A stretch of DNA of 27,416 nucleotides from an uncultured Thermoplasmatales archaeon (GCA_964514975.1 CAZESS010000022.1:1-27416), one strand, 5' to 3'. Shown: positions 1 to 10,266, counted from the first letter of the stretch. Notes: a model not told the origin generated them from the letters alone. A program made the numbers and translations.

Positions 1-39
1 CCCTGCTTTTAATTCTGTTGAAATTTTTCGGAAAAAATC

Positions 40-90
40 TCATTCGCAGAGACTAGAAAAGGAGGAAAGAGGGGAAAAAGAGGCAGTAGG
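40..90 (-). terminator. Pyrimidine/U-rich archaeal intrinsic terminator region downstream of thermosome gene
   Basis: Minus strand after the TAA at 97 reads ...CCTCTTTTTCCCCTCTTTCCTCCTTTTCTAG, a U/C-rich tract typical of archaeal terminators. Confidence 0.55.
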
Positions 91-96
91 CCGGCC

Positions 97-1761
97 TTAC
101 ATCATGCCGCCCATTCCACCCATGCCGCCCATGCCGCCGGCGCCCGGTGGCATGCCGCCGCCTTCGTCGCCGCCTCCGCCGCTACCTTTGGAGGCGATGA
201 CGTCGTCGATGCGGAGCACCATGACCGCCGTCTCGGTTGCGGACTTGATGGCCTGGGTGCCCACGCGGAGGGGCTCCATGACGTCCAGCTTTTTCATGTC
301 GCCGGGCTTGCCGTCAATGATGTTGACGCCGTGGTCCTTTTTGCCTTCCTTGTGCGCCTTTTTCAGCCCGATGAGTATGTCGATGGCGTCGATGCCCGCG
401 TTGGCTGCCAGGGACTTGGGGACGACCTCGATGGCCTCCGCGAATGCTTTGACCGCCATCTGTTCGCGGCCGCCGACGCTGCTGGCGTAGTCCTCCAGTT
501 CGAGGGATATCTCCGTCGCTGCGGAGCCGCCGCCGGCGGTCATCTTGCCGTCTTCAAGGGTTGCCGCTACGACGGACAGGGCATCGTGCAGACCGCGCTC
601 GATTTCGTCGACGACGTGTTCGGAGCCGCCGCGGATGAGCACGGAAACGGCTTTTGCCTCGGGGCAGCCGGTGACGAAGGTCATTTCGTCGTCGCCGATT
701 TTGCGCTCTTCAACCGTGCCGGCGTGGCCGAGGTCGCTTTCTTCGAGCTCGTCGAGCTCTGAGACGATTGAGGCGCCTGTTGCACGAGCAAGCTTCTCCA
801 TGTCGGATTTCTTGACCCGCCGGATGGCGAAGACGCCGGCCTTGGAGAGGTAGTGCTGGGCGAGGTCGTCGATGCCCTTCTGGCAGAGGACGACGTCGGC
901 GCCGCTTTCCTTGATCAGGTCCACCATTTTGCGGAGCATGCCCTCTTCTTCGTCGAGGAACTTCTGGAGCTGCGTGGGGTCGTTGATCTGTATCTTCGCG
1001 TCGACCTCGGTTTTTTTGACCTCGAGCGCCGTGTTCAGCAGCAGCACCTTGGCGTCCTTGATGGAGCGGGGCATGCCGGGATGGACACGCTCCTTGTCGA
1101 TGACGATGCCCTCTATCATGCGGGTGTCCTCGACGGAGCCGCCCTGTTTCTTTTCGACCTTGATGTTGTCCAGGTCGATGGAGATGGTGCCGTCTTCCTC
1201 GGTGTCCGATACGGCGCTGACTGCCCGGTAGGCGATTTCGGAGAGCAGGTCCTTGTTGGCCGCGGCTGCCTTGCCGGTCATGGAGGTGCCGGCGATGTTC
1301 ATCAGGATTTCCTTGTCGTCGGGCTTGACGTCCTGGGCTATGTCCTCGAGGACCTCGACGGCCTTTCTGCTCGCCATGCGGTAGCCGTCCGCGATGACCG
1401 TGGGGTGGACGTCCTGCTCGAGCAGGGTCTGCGCCTTTTTGAGGAGCTCGCCGGCGAGTATGACGGCGGTGGTCGTCCCGTCGCCGCATTCCTCGTCCTG
1501 GGTCTTCGCGACCTCGACGATCATCTTTGCCGCGGGGTGCTCCACATCGATTTCCTTGAGGATGGTGACGCCGTCGTTGGTTATGATGACGTCGCCCATG
1601 CTGTCGACCAGCATCTTGTCCATTCCCTTGGGTCCGAGTGTGGAGCGGACCGCGTCTGCTATGGCCAGCGCTGCGCGTATGTTGTTTTGCTGCGCGTCGC
1701 GGCCTCGTTCTCGTTCTGTTCCTTCTTTCAGGATGAATATTGGTTGTCTTCCAGACATCAT
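97..1761 (-). CDS. thsB: Thermosome (group II chaperonin) subunit
   Basis: Motifs [35 protein letters not shown] and LRIDD, plus a GGM-repeat C-terminal tail. Start set at ATG 1761 because the GTG at 1770 lies inside a GGTGA Shine-Dalgarno (1771-1767). Alpha versus beta subunit is uncertain. Confidence 0.97.
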   Translation of the reverse strand: MMSGRQPIFILKEGTERERGRDAQQNNIRAALAIADAVRSTLGPKGMDKMLVDSMGDVIITNDGVTILKEIDVEHPAAKMIVEVAKTQDEECGDGTTTAVILAGELLKKAQTLLEQDVHPTVIADGYRMASRKAVEVLEDIAQDVKPDDKEILMNIAGTSMTGKAAAANKDLLSEIAYRAVSAVSDTEEDGTISIDLDNIKVEKKQGGSVEDTRMIEGIVIDKERVHPGMPRSIKDAKVLLLNTALEVKKTEVDAKIQINDPTQLQKFLDEEEGMLRKMVDLIKESGADVVLCQKGIDDLAQHYLSKAGVFAIRRVKKSDMEKLARATGASIVSELDELEESDLGHAGTVEERKIGDDEMTFVTGCPEAKAVSVLIRGGSEHVVDEIERGLHDALSVVAATLEDGKMTAGGGSAATEISLELEDYASSVGGREQMAVKAFAEAIEVVPKSLAANAGIDAIDILIGLKKAHKEGKKDHGVNIIDGKPGDMKKLDVMEPLRVGTQAIKSATETAVMVLRIDDVIASKGSGGGGDEGGGMPPGAGGMGGMGGMGGMM

Positions 1762-1792
1762 GTCAATCACCGGAGGTGTATAATAATTCTTC

Positions 1793-1853
1793 TATATAAA
1801 TGTTGTCCCCGTAGGTGTTGCGGGCTGTGGAGCGGCATCCCGCACATTTATAA
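1793..1853. promoter_or_regulatory. Back-to-back TATA boxes of the divergent thermosome and racemase promoters
   Basis: TTTATATA on the minus strand (1800-1793) and TTTATAA on the plus strand (1847-1853). Each lies about 20-30 bp from its start and both sit in an ACATTTATA context. Confidence 0.65.
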
Positions 1854-1874
1854 CACCGGATGGTTTATCTCCTC

Positions 1875-2948
1875 ATGAGCGAAGATGTTTTCCCCCGCCT
1901 CGTCGTCGACCTGGACGGGCTGGAGCACAACACACGCGCCATCGTCGAGCATGCAGCCCGATACGACATCGACATCACCGGCGTCACCAAGGCCTGCCGC
2001 GGCGACCCCCGCGTGGCGAAGGCGATGCTCAACGGCGGCGCCGCAGGCCTGGCAGACTCACGCATCGAAAACATCATCCGCATGCGCCGGGCAGGCATCA
2101 CCGCCGACCTCATGCTGCTCCGGACGCCACGGCTCAGCCACGCCGCCGTTGTCGTCGAGCACGCGGACATATCGCTCAACACCGAGCCCACGGCCATCAA
2201 AGCGCTATCCCGTGAAGCACAGAAGCAGGACCTTGTCCACCGCGTGCTCCTCATGGCCGAGCTCGGCGAACGCCGGGAGGGCATCCCCCGGGAGGAGCTC
2301 CACCATATGGTCGAGCTTGCGCTGTCGCTCGACAACATAGCATTGCACGGCCTCGGCGTCAACCTGACATGCCTGACCGGCGTCATCCCCACCCGGGAAA
2401 AAATGCTCGCGTTCGAGGCGCTCGTGCAGGACATCCAGGACACCTACGGCATCGAGCTGGCGATGACGGGCGCGGGCAACTCCGCCAACATCCCCCTCAT
2501 GCTCCAGGATGAGCATCCATCGGCGTATATCAACAACCTCCGCGTCGGCGAGGGTATTCTCCTCGGCCTCGAAACCGTACACCGGGAGGCGATCCCTGAT
2601 ACCCGTCAGGACGTGTTCACCATCGAGGCGGAGCTCATCGAGGTCAAAGACAAGCCCTCGCTGCCCGACGGCGAGCTCACCCAGAATGCCTACGGTGAGA
2701 CACCCACGTTCGAAAACCGCGGGGTCATCACCAGGGGCATCGTCGCGCTCGGCCGGCAGGACGTCATCACCGAGGGGCTGACGCCGCTGGACGACCATGT
2801 CGACATCCTGGCGAGCAGCAGCGACCACATCGTTTTACATCTCAAGGAGGGCGGCTACAAGGTCGGCGACATCGTCCGCTTCCGCCCATCCTATGGAGCG
2901 CTGGTCGCCGCCTACACGAGCGAATACGTCGCCACCTCATATGAATGA
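1875..2948 (+). CDS. PLP-dependent alanine/ornithine racemase family enzyme (fold type III, Orr/YhfX-like)
   Basis: N-terminal PRLVVDL..LEHN, PLP lysine in GVTKAC, LADSRIENI, ELGERREG, NNLRVGEGIL and ASSSDH. ATG 1875 chosen for its TATA spacing. Confidence 0.85.
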   Translation: MSEDVFPRLVVDLDGLEHNTRAIVEHAARYDIDITGVTKACRGDPRVAKAMLNGGAAGLADSRIENIIRMRRAGITADLMLLRTPRLSHAAVVVEHADISLNTEPTAIKALSREAQKQDLVHRVLLMAELGERREGIPREELHHMVELALSLDNIALHGLGVNLTCLTGVIPTREKMLAFEALVQDIQDTYGIELAMTGAGNSANIPLMLQDEHPSAYINNLRVGEGILLGLETVHREAIPDTRQDVFTIEAELIEVKDKPSLPDGELTQNAYGETPTFENRGVITRGIVALGRQDVITEGLTPLDDHVDILASSSDHIVLHLKEGGYKVGDIVRFRPSYGALVAAYTSEYVATSYE

Positions 2949-2981
2949 AATAGTATAAATGACCCGCCTGTTTTCATTGCC

Positions 2982-4400
2982 ATGGCAATCGACTACGACC
3001 TCGTCATCATCGGCACGGGCACGGCCACCAGCCTCATCGAGCCGTTTTTACATCGCAATCCAGAGGGGCGCATCGCGGTCATCGACCGGAACACGCCGGG
3101 CGGCATCTGTCTCACCCGCGGCTGCATTCCCTCAAAGCTGCTGCTCTACCCCGCTGAACTGGTACATCTGATGAAGCAGGGCAGCGAGTTCGGCATCGAC
3201 GTCACGGTCAACGACGTCGACTTCGAGGGCATCATGCAGGCCATGCGGGACAACATCGGCGAGGACATCGAAAAGTTACGGCAGGGATTGCAGCAGGCGG
3301 AGCAGATAGACTACTACCGAGACGTCGCCCGCTTCGTCGAGCCATACATGCTGGAGGTCGGCGACGCCACCATCCGGGGCGACATGATCATCCTGTGCAC
3401 CGGTTCAAAGCCGGCCATCCCGCCAATCGAGGGTATCGACGACGTCGCCTTCCACACCAGCAGCACCCTGCTCGGCCTGGAGAAGCGGCCGGACAGCCTG
3501 CTCATCGTCGGCGGGGGCTACATCGCCGCCGAATATGGCTTCTTTTTCTCGCAGATGGGCACCGAGGTCACCATCGTCGGGCGCAACCCCCAGTTCCTGC
3601 CCGCGGAGGAGCCCGAGATAGCCGCGGCGGCACAACGCAAGCTCATGGAGCATCTCGACCTGGTCACCAACCACGAGGTCAGGGCCATGTCATCCACCGG
3701 CGACGATGTCACGGTGACAGCGGTGAACCGCGACAACGGCAGCGAGGTATCCTTCGAGGCGTCCGAGGTGCTCATCGCAACGGGGCGGGCACCCGAAACC
3801 GACATTTTGAAGCCCGAGAAGGGAGACATCGAGGTCGACGAGCACGGCTGGATCGTGGTCGACGAGCACCTGCAGACATCGCAGCCCAACGTATGGGCGC
3901 TGGGCGACGCTACCGGCAAGCACCTGTTCAAGCATGTCGCCAACCACGAGGTCGAGGTGGTCTATCACAACGCGTTGCTCGGGCACGACATGACCGCCGA
4001 TTACCACGCGGTGCCCCATGCCGTGTTCACGTCGCCCGAGGTAGCAGCGGTCGGCATGCGCGAGGAGGAGGCCATCGAGAAATATGGCGAGGATGACATC
4101 CTGGTCGGCATGCACCGCTACCAGGACACGGGCAAGGGCGACGCGATGCACGTCACCGATGCATTTGTCAAGATCATCATGGAGCAGGAGGAGCTCCGCA
4201 TCCTCGGCGCCCACATCGTCGGTCCGATGGCGTCGGTGCTCATCCAGGAAATCATCACCCAGATGTACACGCCCCGGCGGCAGCTGCACCCGGTGCTGCA
4301 GGCGATGCACATCCATCCCGCGCTGCCCGAGGTCGTCCAGCGTGCATGCAGCAATCTGATGACCCCCGAGCAGTACCATCACAGGCTTGAGCACGACTAG
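2982..4400 (+). CDS. Class I pyridine nucleotide-disulfide oxidoreductase (usually annotated dihydrolipoyl dehydrogenase; mycothione-reductase-like motifs)
   Basis: FAD motif [11 protein letters not shown], redox disulfide [16 protein letters not shown](P)H motif [19 protein letters not shown] and C-terminal HPALPE His-Glu pair. Confidence 0.9.
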   Translation: MAIDYDLVIIGTGTATSLIEPFLHRNPEGRIAVIDRNTPGGICLTRGCIPSKLLLYPAELVHLMKQGSEFGIDVTVNDVDFEGIMQAMRDNIGEDIEKLRQGLQQAEQIDYYRDVARFVEPYMLEVGDATIRGDMIILCTGSKPAIPPIEGIDDVAFHTSSTLLGLEKRPDSLLIVGGGYIAAEYGFFFSQMGTEVTIVGRNPQFLPAEEPEIAAAAQRKLMEHLDLVTNHEVRAMSSTGDDVTVTAVNRDNGSEVSFEASEVLIATGRAPETDILKPEKGDIEVDEHGWIVVDEHLQTSQPNVWALGDATGKHLFKHVANHEVEVVYHNALLGHDMTADYHAVPHAVFTSPEVAAVGMREEEAIEKYGEDDILVGMHRYQDTGKGDAMHVTDAFVKIIMEQEELRILGAHIVGPMASVLIQEIITQMYTPRRQLHPVLQAMHIHPALPEVVQRACSNLMTPEQYHHRLEHD

Positions 4401-4891
4401 CGCCGGCAGCCTCGCTTTTCATGGTAACGCTGATGGTATTCCTCGGCGGGATAGAAATCATCGGCGGGAACGATCTCGGTGACCATCTCACCGTTGACAT
4501 GGCCTGACCGCTGCAGCTCCCGTTTTGAGCGCTCGGCGGCCCGGTGCTGCATCTCGTCATGGTAAAAAATCGCGGAGCGGTACTGGCTGCCGATGTCGGG
4601 GCCCTGCCGGTTGCGCTGCGTCGGGTCGTGCATGTTCCAGAATGCGTCGAGCAGCTCCTGGTAGGATATGATATCCGGGTTGTAGGTGACCTGGACCGCC
4701 TCTGCATGCCCCGTCCTGCCGGTGCAGACCTCCCGGTAGGATGGATTGAGCGTGGTGCCGCCGGTGTATCCCGCCATCGTTGAGATGACGCCGTCGATCT
4801 CCCGGAAGGCGGCCTCGACACCCCAGAAGCAGCCGGCGGCGAACGTCGCCTTCTTGAGATGCGTGTCACGCCGGCGTGTCTGCCCGACCAT
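4397..4891 (-). CDS. msrA: Peptide-methionine (S)-S-oxide reductase MsrA
   Basis: GCFWG catalytic motif, GYTGG, TGHAEAV, HDPTQ.NRQG.D.G.QYRS and FYPAEEYHQ. Start is uncertain (ATG 4891, 4897 or 4933). The longer ORF call to 5392 overlaps the next gene and is not used. Confidence 0.95.
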   Translation of the reverse strand: MVGQTRRRDTHLKKATFAAGCFWGVEAAFREIDGVISTMAGYTGGTTLNPSYREVCTGRTGHAEAVQVTYNPDIISYQELLDAFWNMHDPTQRNRQGPDIGSQYRSAIFYHDEMQHRAAERSKRELQRSGHVNGEMVTEIVPADDFYPAEEYHQRYHEKRGCRR

Positions 4892-4975
4892 GCACATGTA
4901 AGCGGTGCTGGTTTTTGAACATGTTGCCTGCATGCTCCAGCGTAAACATATTATAAACCGGGATGATGGAGAGGT

Positions 4976-6262
4976 GTGCTGCGCCGGCTTGTTCGACAGA
5001 CGGTGAAACTGCTGATGACGGGCTCGCCAGGGTTGTCCATGCGGCCGGGGCGTCCCAGCCTCGATGGCATGGACATACGGGAGCTGGGGCTCTATCTCCA
5101 TGTGCCCTTCTGCCGGCAGCCCTGTTTTTACTGCCCGTATTTCAAGGAGCGCTACGACGAGCGAAAGGCGCGTGCCTATGCCGATGCGGTATGCGAGGAG
5201 ATAGCGTTTTATGCTCCGCTGCTCGAGGATGCAAAGATAACGGATTTTTATGTTGGCGGAGGGACGCCGACGACGATGCTTGACAGCGGGCTCGGGGACA
5301 TCCTCTCGGCTGCCCGTGACCGGTTCGGTGTCCGCTGCCATGTCTCTATGGAAACGCATCCAAACGATGTCACACCCGGGATGGTGGAGCAATTGCGGCA
5401 GATGAACGTCCGGAACGTGAGCATGGGCGTCGAATCGTTTACGGACAGCTATCTACAACGGATAGGCCGCCCCTATGACGCCGATGTGGCGCGGCGGGCG
5501 GTGTCGCTGCTCAAGGATGGCGGCTTTAACTGCGTCAACGTCGATCTGATGTTCGGGCTGCCCGGGCAGGGGATGGAGGACGTCCGTCGGGATATCATGA
5601 CGGCGCTTTCGCTCGATGTCGACCAGCTATCAGCCTATCCGATTTTTACGTTTCCGCACACCGGGCTCGATGACATGGTCCGGAAAACCGGTGCTACACT
5701 GCCGGGTATGGCAAAACGGCGGGATATGCTCCGCTGCATCGAACGGCTGTGCTACCGGGCGGGTCTGGAGCGAAGCGGTGTGTGGTCGTTCACCGCGCCG
5801 GATGTCGACAAGTACAGCTCCGTCACCATCCCCCGCTACGTGGGCCTTGGCGCCGGAGCGGGCTCGCTTCTCCCCGGCATGTTTTATATCAACGTGTTCG
5901 ACGTCGACGCGTACATTCGCCACGTGACGGAGACGGGAGAGCCGGCGGTCGCGCTGTCCATCGACTTCGGCAGGCGGGAGGAAATGGTCCACTGGCTGTA
6001 CTGGCGGATATATGAAACCAGGGTCGATAAAAAGGAGTTTGCAGCATGCTATGACGCGGATTTCGACGACGTTTTCGGGCGAACCTTTGCTCTGTTCGAG
6101 CTGCTCGGGTTTGCCACTGACCATGGCGACGTGATAGAGATGACGGACCGGGGCAACTACTGGGTCCACGTGCTGCAGAACCTGTTCTCGCTGGACTTCA
6201 TCGGCCGGGTCTGGCAGACATGCCTGGCAGAGACCTGGCCGCGGGGGATGTCGCTGGTGTAG
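4976..6262 (+). CDS. HemN-like (class C) radical SAM protein, function uncertain
   Basis: [15 protein letters not shown] (CxxxCxxC), [35 protein letters not shown] and a HemN_C-like tail. GTG start. Confidence 0.88.
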   Translation: MLRRLVRQTVKLLMTGSPGLSMRPGRPSLDGMDIRELGLYLHVPFCRQPCFYCPYFKERYDERKARAYADAVCEEIAFYAPLLEDAKITDFYVGGGTPTTMLDSGLGDILSAARDRFGVRCHVSMETHPNDVTPGMVEQLRQMNVRNVSMGVESFTDSYLQRIGRPYDADVARRAVSLLKDGGFNCVNVDLMFGLPGQGMEDVRRDIMTALSLDVDQLSAYPIFTFPHTGLDDMVRKTGATLPGMAKRRDMLRCIERLCYRAGLERSGVWSFTAPDVDKYSSVTIPRYVGLGAGAGSLLPGMFYINVFDVDAYIRHVTETGEPAVALSIDFGRREEMVHWLYWRIYETRVDKKEFAACYDADFDDVFGRTFALFELLGFATDHGDVIEMTDRGNYWVHVLQNLFSLDFIGRVWQTCLAETWPRGMSLV

Positions 6263-6847
6263 CTAGTCCCGGACGGCCTCGTAGCCATATCTGAACGCTT
6301 TCTCGTTCATCTCCACGTAGCTGTCGGGAACCGCGTCGCGCACCGATAGCATGACCGCGTCGCGAGCCACGGGCAACACGTCGAGGCCGGCGAGGGCGCC
6401 AAGCATGACGATGTTCTTGGTGATGGCATGGCCGGCATCCCGGGCAAGCTGCAATGCATCGATGGTGACAAGGGTGCCGCGCTCCTCGAGCTCTGTGAAG
6501 ACGTCGTCGAGCGAGGGATACTCGTGGTAGCCCATGGAGACGTTGGGCGGGATAACCGGGTTTATGTCGGTGAGTATCGTGGCACCGGAGCGAAGCTTGT
6601 TGATGCGCCGGAGGGCTTCGACGGGCTCCATGGATATGATGGCGTCTGCGGTGCCGTCGGCTATCAGCGGCGAGTGAACCTCGCCGGTGCAGACGGTACA
6701 GACGACGCTGCCGCCGCGCTGCGCCATGCCGTGGACCTCGGACATGAAGACATGGACATCCTGGCCAAGCATGGCCTGCGCGAGGATTTTAGCGCCGGTG
6801 AGGACGCCCTGGCCGCCGACGCCGGCGAAGAGCAACCGTTGTTTCAT
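6263..6847 (-). CDS. iorB: Indolepyruvate:ferredoxin oxidoreductase beta subunit
   Basis: AGVGGQG, SEVHGMAQRGGSV, NIVMLGAL and NEKAF..G. Its ATG overlaps the iorA TGA (ATGA). Confidence 0.95.
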   Translation of the reverse strand: MKQRLLFAGVGGQGVLTGAKILAQAMLGQDVHVFMSEVHGMAQRGGSVVCTVCTGEVHSPLIADGTADAIISMEPVEALRRINKLRSGATILTDINPVIPPNVSMGYHEYPSLDDVFTELEERGTLVTIDALQLARDAGHAITKNIVMLGALAGLDVLPVARDAVMLSVRDAVPDSYVEMNEKAFRYGYEAVRD

Positions 6848-8685
6848 TGTTTCCGCCTCCTGATAGCCCCTGCAGGACATATCTGGGTGCAGACCCCGCA
6901 GGCGCTGCACAGCGTTTCATTTATCCGTATGTTTCCGGCATCATCATAGTAAAAGGCGGGGCAGCCGAATGATTCGATGCAGGTCTCACACTGGGTGCAT
7001 GTGTCCTGGTCGACCATGAAGGAGCCATGTGTTTTGATGATGAGCCGGCAGGGTGCCTTGGAGACAACGACGGCGGCGCCCTCGTAGTCCAGGGCCCGCT
7101 GGAAGGCCTCCTTTGTTTTTGCGACGTTGTTGGGGTTGACGACCTCGACATGCTGGACGCCCAGGCCTTTGACCACGTCTTCGACCCTGAGCTGCACCGC
7201 CGGGTAGCCCATGCCGTCGTGTTCGGTGCCGGGGTGCGGCTGATGGCCGGTCATCGCCGTGGTGCGGTTGTCGAGCACGGTGATGACGCAGTCTATGTCG
7301 TGGTGCACGGCGTTGACGATGCCGGGCAGCCCGGAATGGAAAAACGTGGAGTCGCCCATGAAGGAGACGACGGGCTGGTCGGTTGTTTCGCCGAAGCCGC
7401 AGGCGGTGCCCACGTTGGAGCCCATGCAGAGCAAAAAGTCGGCGACCTCGAGCGGCGGCGCCTTGCCCAGGGTGTAGCAGCCGATATCCGTCGGATAGAT
7501 GGTATCCGGGGACGCGACCTGTTTGACCGCATAGTAGGTGGCGCGGTGCGGGCAGCCGGGGCACATCACGGGCGGGCGCGGCGGCAGCTCGGTTCGCGCC
7601 GGCTCAACGGACGGCCGGGTGGGCATGTCGAACAGCTTCCTGACAGCCGTTTCAACGATGTCGACATCGTATTCATAGATACGGCGAAGGCCGCCGTAGC
7701 CCTTGCCATGGATGACAACATCGAGGCCGGTCTCCTGCGCCATCGCCCTGAGCTGTTCCTCCAGGAACGGCTCGAGCTCCTCGATAACTAAAACCTGGCG
7801 GCAGTTGTCCATGAATTCGAGGCAGCGCTCGCGGGGCAGCGGGTTGGTCATCCCGAGCTTGAGCACGCGGCATTCAAGGCCGTTTTCGGCGATGACCTCG
7901 CGGACATAGTTGTATGCCACACCCGAGGTGACGATGCCGACGTCGCCATCGTATTCCTCCACCCGGTTGAATGGGCTCTGCTCCGAGATGGCGGCGGCCT
8001 GTTCCATTTTTTCCAGCAGCACGGGATGCTGCTGCCGCGCCACCGCCGGCACGGTCACCATCATGGGGTCCTTGTCGAAATGGCCGACGCGTTTGGTGAA
8101 ATGCATCTCGCCCAGGCTGACGGGGCCGCGGACATGGCTGCTGCGGGTTGTCATCCGGAACAGCAGCGGCAGCTCGAGCTCCTCTGATATCTCGAAGCCG
8201 GCCATGGTCATGTCCTTGACCTCTTGAGCAGTGGAAGGCTCGAGCATGGGCGCGTTGCCGAACTTTGCATAGTAGCGGTTGTCCTGCTCGTTCTGCGAGG
8301 AATGACAGGAGGGATCGTCGGCGCTGACGATGACGTGTCCGGCGCGGCAGCCCACGTACATGTAGGTCATGAAGGCGTCGCTGGCCACGTTGAGCCCAAC
8401 GTGTTTCATGCAGGTCAGCGAGCGCAGCCCTGACACGGCTGCTGCTGCGGCGAACTCGAGCGCGACTTTTTCGTTGGTGGCATACTGGAAATAAAAGCCG
8501 GGATCCCGGTCCTGGCTCGTATAATGCCTCGCGACGGCGGAAAACGTGTCCGCGATTTCCGACGACGGCGTGCCGGGATAGGTCGTGGCGACGTCGACGT
8601 CCGCTTCGAGCGAGCCCCTGACAACGGCCTCGTTGCCGAGCAGGAGCACTTTTTCTTTCTCCGACTGTTCTGATAATACATCCAT
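6844..8685 (-). CDS. iorA: Indolepyruvate:ferredoxin oxidoreductase alpha subunit
   Basis: LLGNEAV.RG, YPGTPSSE, NEKVALE, MKHVGLNVA, SSQNEQD, RPPVMCPGCPHR, DIGCYTLG, TPP motif GDSTFFHSG...DNRTTAMTG and a C-terminal 2x[4Fe-4S] ferredoxin domain. Confidence 0.97.
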   Translation of the reverse strand: MDVLSEQSEKEKVLLLGNEAVVRGSLEADVDVATTYPGTPSSEIADTFSAVARHYTSQDRDPGFYFQYATNEKVALEFAAAAAVSGLRSLTCMKHVGLNVASDAFMTYMYVGCRAGHVIVSADDPSCHSSQNEQDNRYYAKFGNAPMLEPSTAQEVKDMTMAGFEISEELELPLLFRMTTRSSHVRGPVSLGEMHFTKRVGHFDKDPMMVTVPAVARQQHPVLLEKMEQAAAISEQSPFNRVEEYDGDVGIVTSGVAYNYVREVIAENGLECRVLKLGMTNPLPRERCLEFMDNCRQVLVIEELEPFLEEQLRAMAQETGLDVVIHGKGYGGLRRIYEYDVDIVETAVRKLFDMPTRPSVEPARTELPPRPPVMCPGCPHRATYYAVKQVASPDTIYPTDIGCYTLGKAPPLEVADFLLCMGSNVGTACGFGETTDQPVVSFMGDSTFFHSGLPGIVNAVHHDIDCVITVLDNRTTAMTGHQPHPGTEHDGMGYPAVQLRVEDVVKGLGVQHVEVVNPNNVAKTKEAFQRALDYEGAAVVVSKAPCRLIIKTHGSFMVDQDTCTQCETCIESFGCPAFYYDDAGNIRINETLCSACGVCTQICPAGAIRRRKQ

Positions 8686-8687
8686 GT

Positions 8688-9320
8688 TTATTCACCCATG
8701 ATGACACTGGCGTCAACGACGGTTAGCCCGTCCTCGTAGACGAGCACGGGGTTCAAATCCATCTGCTGGAGGGAAGGATGGTCACTTCCCAGGGTGGAAA
8801 GGGAAAGAAGCAGGTCTATTAAAGCATTTCTGTCGAGGCGCATCCCGCGGAATCCCTCGAAGAGCTGCCGTGCCACGAGCTCGTCGAGCATCGCTTCCGC
8901 GTCACGCCGCATGATGGGCACCAGGCGGAACGAGACGTCGTTGTACAGCTCGGTGTACACGCCGCCCATCCCCAGCATGATGGACAGGCCGAACGACGGG
9001 TCATGCATGAGGCCGGCGATCATCTCGACGCCGGGTGGCTCCATGTGCTCGACCAGCACCGGCGCGTCGAAGCGCCGCAGCAGCTCTGCTACGGCGCCCC
9101 GTAGTTCCTCCCTGCTCCGCAGGTTGAGGCGGATGCCGTCCACGTCGCTCTTGTGCACGATGTCTGATGAACAGACCTTTGCGACGAGCGGAAAAGCGAT
9201 GTCGAGCGCCACGGCGGCATCGACACTGTCAACGACGACAAAATCCGTGGTGGGGACCTCGTAGCGCCGCAGCAGCTCCTTCGCCCTGTCCTCGGGAAGC
9301 ACGGTGCCCGACTGCGCCAT
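8688..9320 (-). CDS. ADP-forming acetate/acyl-CoA ligase beta subunit (ATP-grasp, ACD beta)
   Basis: FPLVAKVCS.DIVHKSD with the phospho-accepting His motif, EMIAG..DPSFG, GMGGVYTELYNDVSFR and DLNPV. It ends 2 bp before iorA. Confidence 0.88.
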   Translation of the reverse strand: MAQSGTVLPEDRAKELLRRYEVPTTDFVVVDSVDAAVALDIAFPLVAKVCSSDIVHKSDVDGIRLNLRSREELRGAVAELLRRFDAPVLVEHMEPPGVEMIAGLMHDPSFGLSIMLGMGGVYTELYNDVSFRLVPIMRRDAEAMLDELVARQLFEGFRGMRLDRNALIDLLLSLSTLGSDHPSLQQMDLNPVLVYEDGLTVVDASVIMGE

Positions 9321-9423
9321 GCAGGGATATAGGCGGCGTGTTTTTTACTTTATTGGTACACAGGCATGACAGCACCGCGGGTGCAGGCGTACCGGTTTTA
9401 TAGTGGTCCGGGGTTGCAGATGC

Positions 9424-10188
9424 GTGCTCGCCCATGCCATGCAGCCCGATGCGGCCGATGCGGTCACGTTTGCCATGGAACACTGCCAGCGTACGACAGC
9501 GAAAACCATGCTCGTGGTGGTCGGCCGATGCCGGGTGCACTACAATGGTAGAGCACGCTCGTTTCTCGACTGGGGCGACCGGTTGCTCGTGGTCAAGCCC
9601 GACGGCACCGTCATGGTGCACCGTCCCGATGGACGGATGCCAGTGAACTGGCAGCCGGCCGGCTCCCGTGTCTCGTATGCCCTGCGGGACGGCCGGTTCA
9701 TGGTCAGCGCCGTGCATTACAAAAACAGGGAGCAGATGCAGGTGATGTTCCGCGACGTCGACCTGATATCGGCGGCGTCGATGGAGGACCGGGCGGAGCT
9801 CCAGCTGGTCGGCATGGAGCAGGACATCGTCGACAAGATCATGGACAGCCCCGAGGTCATCGAGCCAGGGCTCCGGATAACGCAGCGGGAAAAACAGGTT
9901 CCCTCGGGCATGATAGACCTCTACGGCCACGACGAACACGACGTGCCGGTGGTCATAGAGGTGAAACGGAGCCAGGCGACGATAAGCGCCGTGCAGCAGC
10001 TCAGGATGTACGTCCATGGCCTGAAACATGGCAACCCCGACGCCCATGTTCGGGGCATCCTGTGCACCCCGCGGATCCCCGAGATGATACGGCGGCTGCT
10101 CGGCGACTACGATCTCGAATGGCGGGAGTTCGGCTGGCAGCACGAGCTCGACCTCGAGCGGCAGCACAGCCTCGACGACTACCTGTAA
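9424..10188 (+). CDS. nucS: Endonuclease NucS/EndoMS (mismatch-specific)
   Basis: C.VHYNGRARS.L..GDRLLVVKPDGTVMVH, PVNWQP and RecB-like IDLYG.D....VVIEVKR...AVQQL..Y. Start is GTG 9424 or ATG 9439, with TATA TTTTATA at about 9396-9402. Confidence 0.93.
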   Translation: MLAHAMQPDAADAVTFAMEHCQRTTAKTMLVVVGRCRVHYNGRARSFLDWGDRLLVVKPDGTVMVHRPDGRMPVNWQPAGSRVSYALRDGRFMVSAVHYKNREQMQVMFRDVDLISAASMEDRAELQLVGMEQDIVDKIMDSPEVIEPGLRITQREKQVPSGMIDLYGHDEHDVPVVIEVKRSQATISAVQQLRMYVHGLKHGNPDAHVRGILCTPRIPEMIRRLLGDYDLEWREFGWQHELDLERQHSLDDYL

Positions 10189-10266
10189 ACGGGCAGGGCA
10201 TCGCTGCCATTTTCTGCCGGTGACATAAACATGATATACGGCCAGATGCATGTAGACGGGATTACC

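Noticed and set aside
100-190. Short tandem repeats (catgccgcc-like) at the thermosome 3' end
   Set aside because: They encode the normal GGM-rich chaperonin tail and are not a CRISPR array or independent repeat.
4892-5392. N-terminal extension of MsrA in the ORF track
   Set aside because: It is antisense to the radical SAM gene and crosses the shared promoter region.
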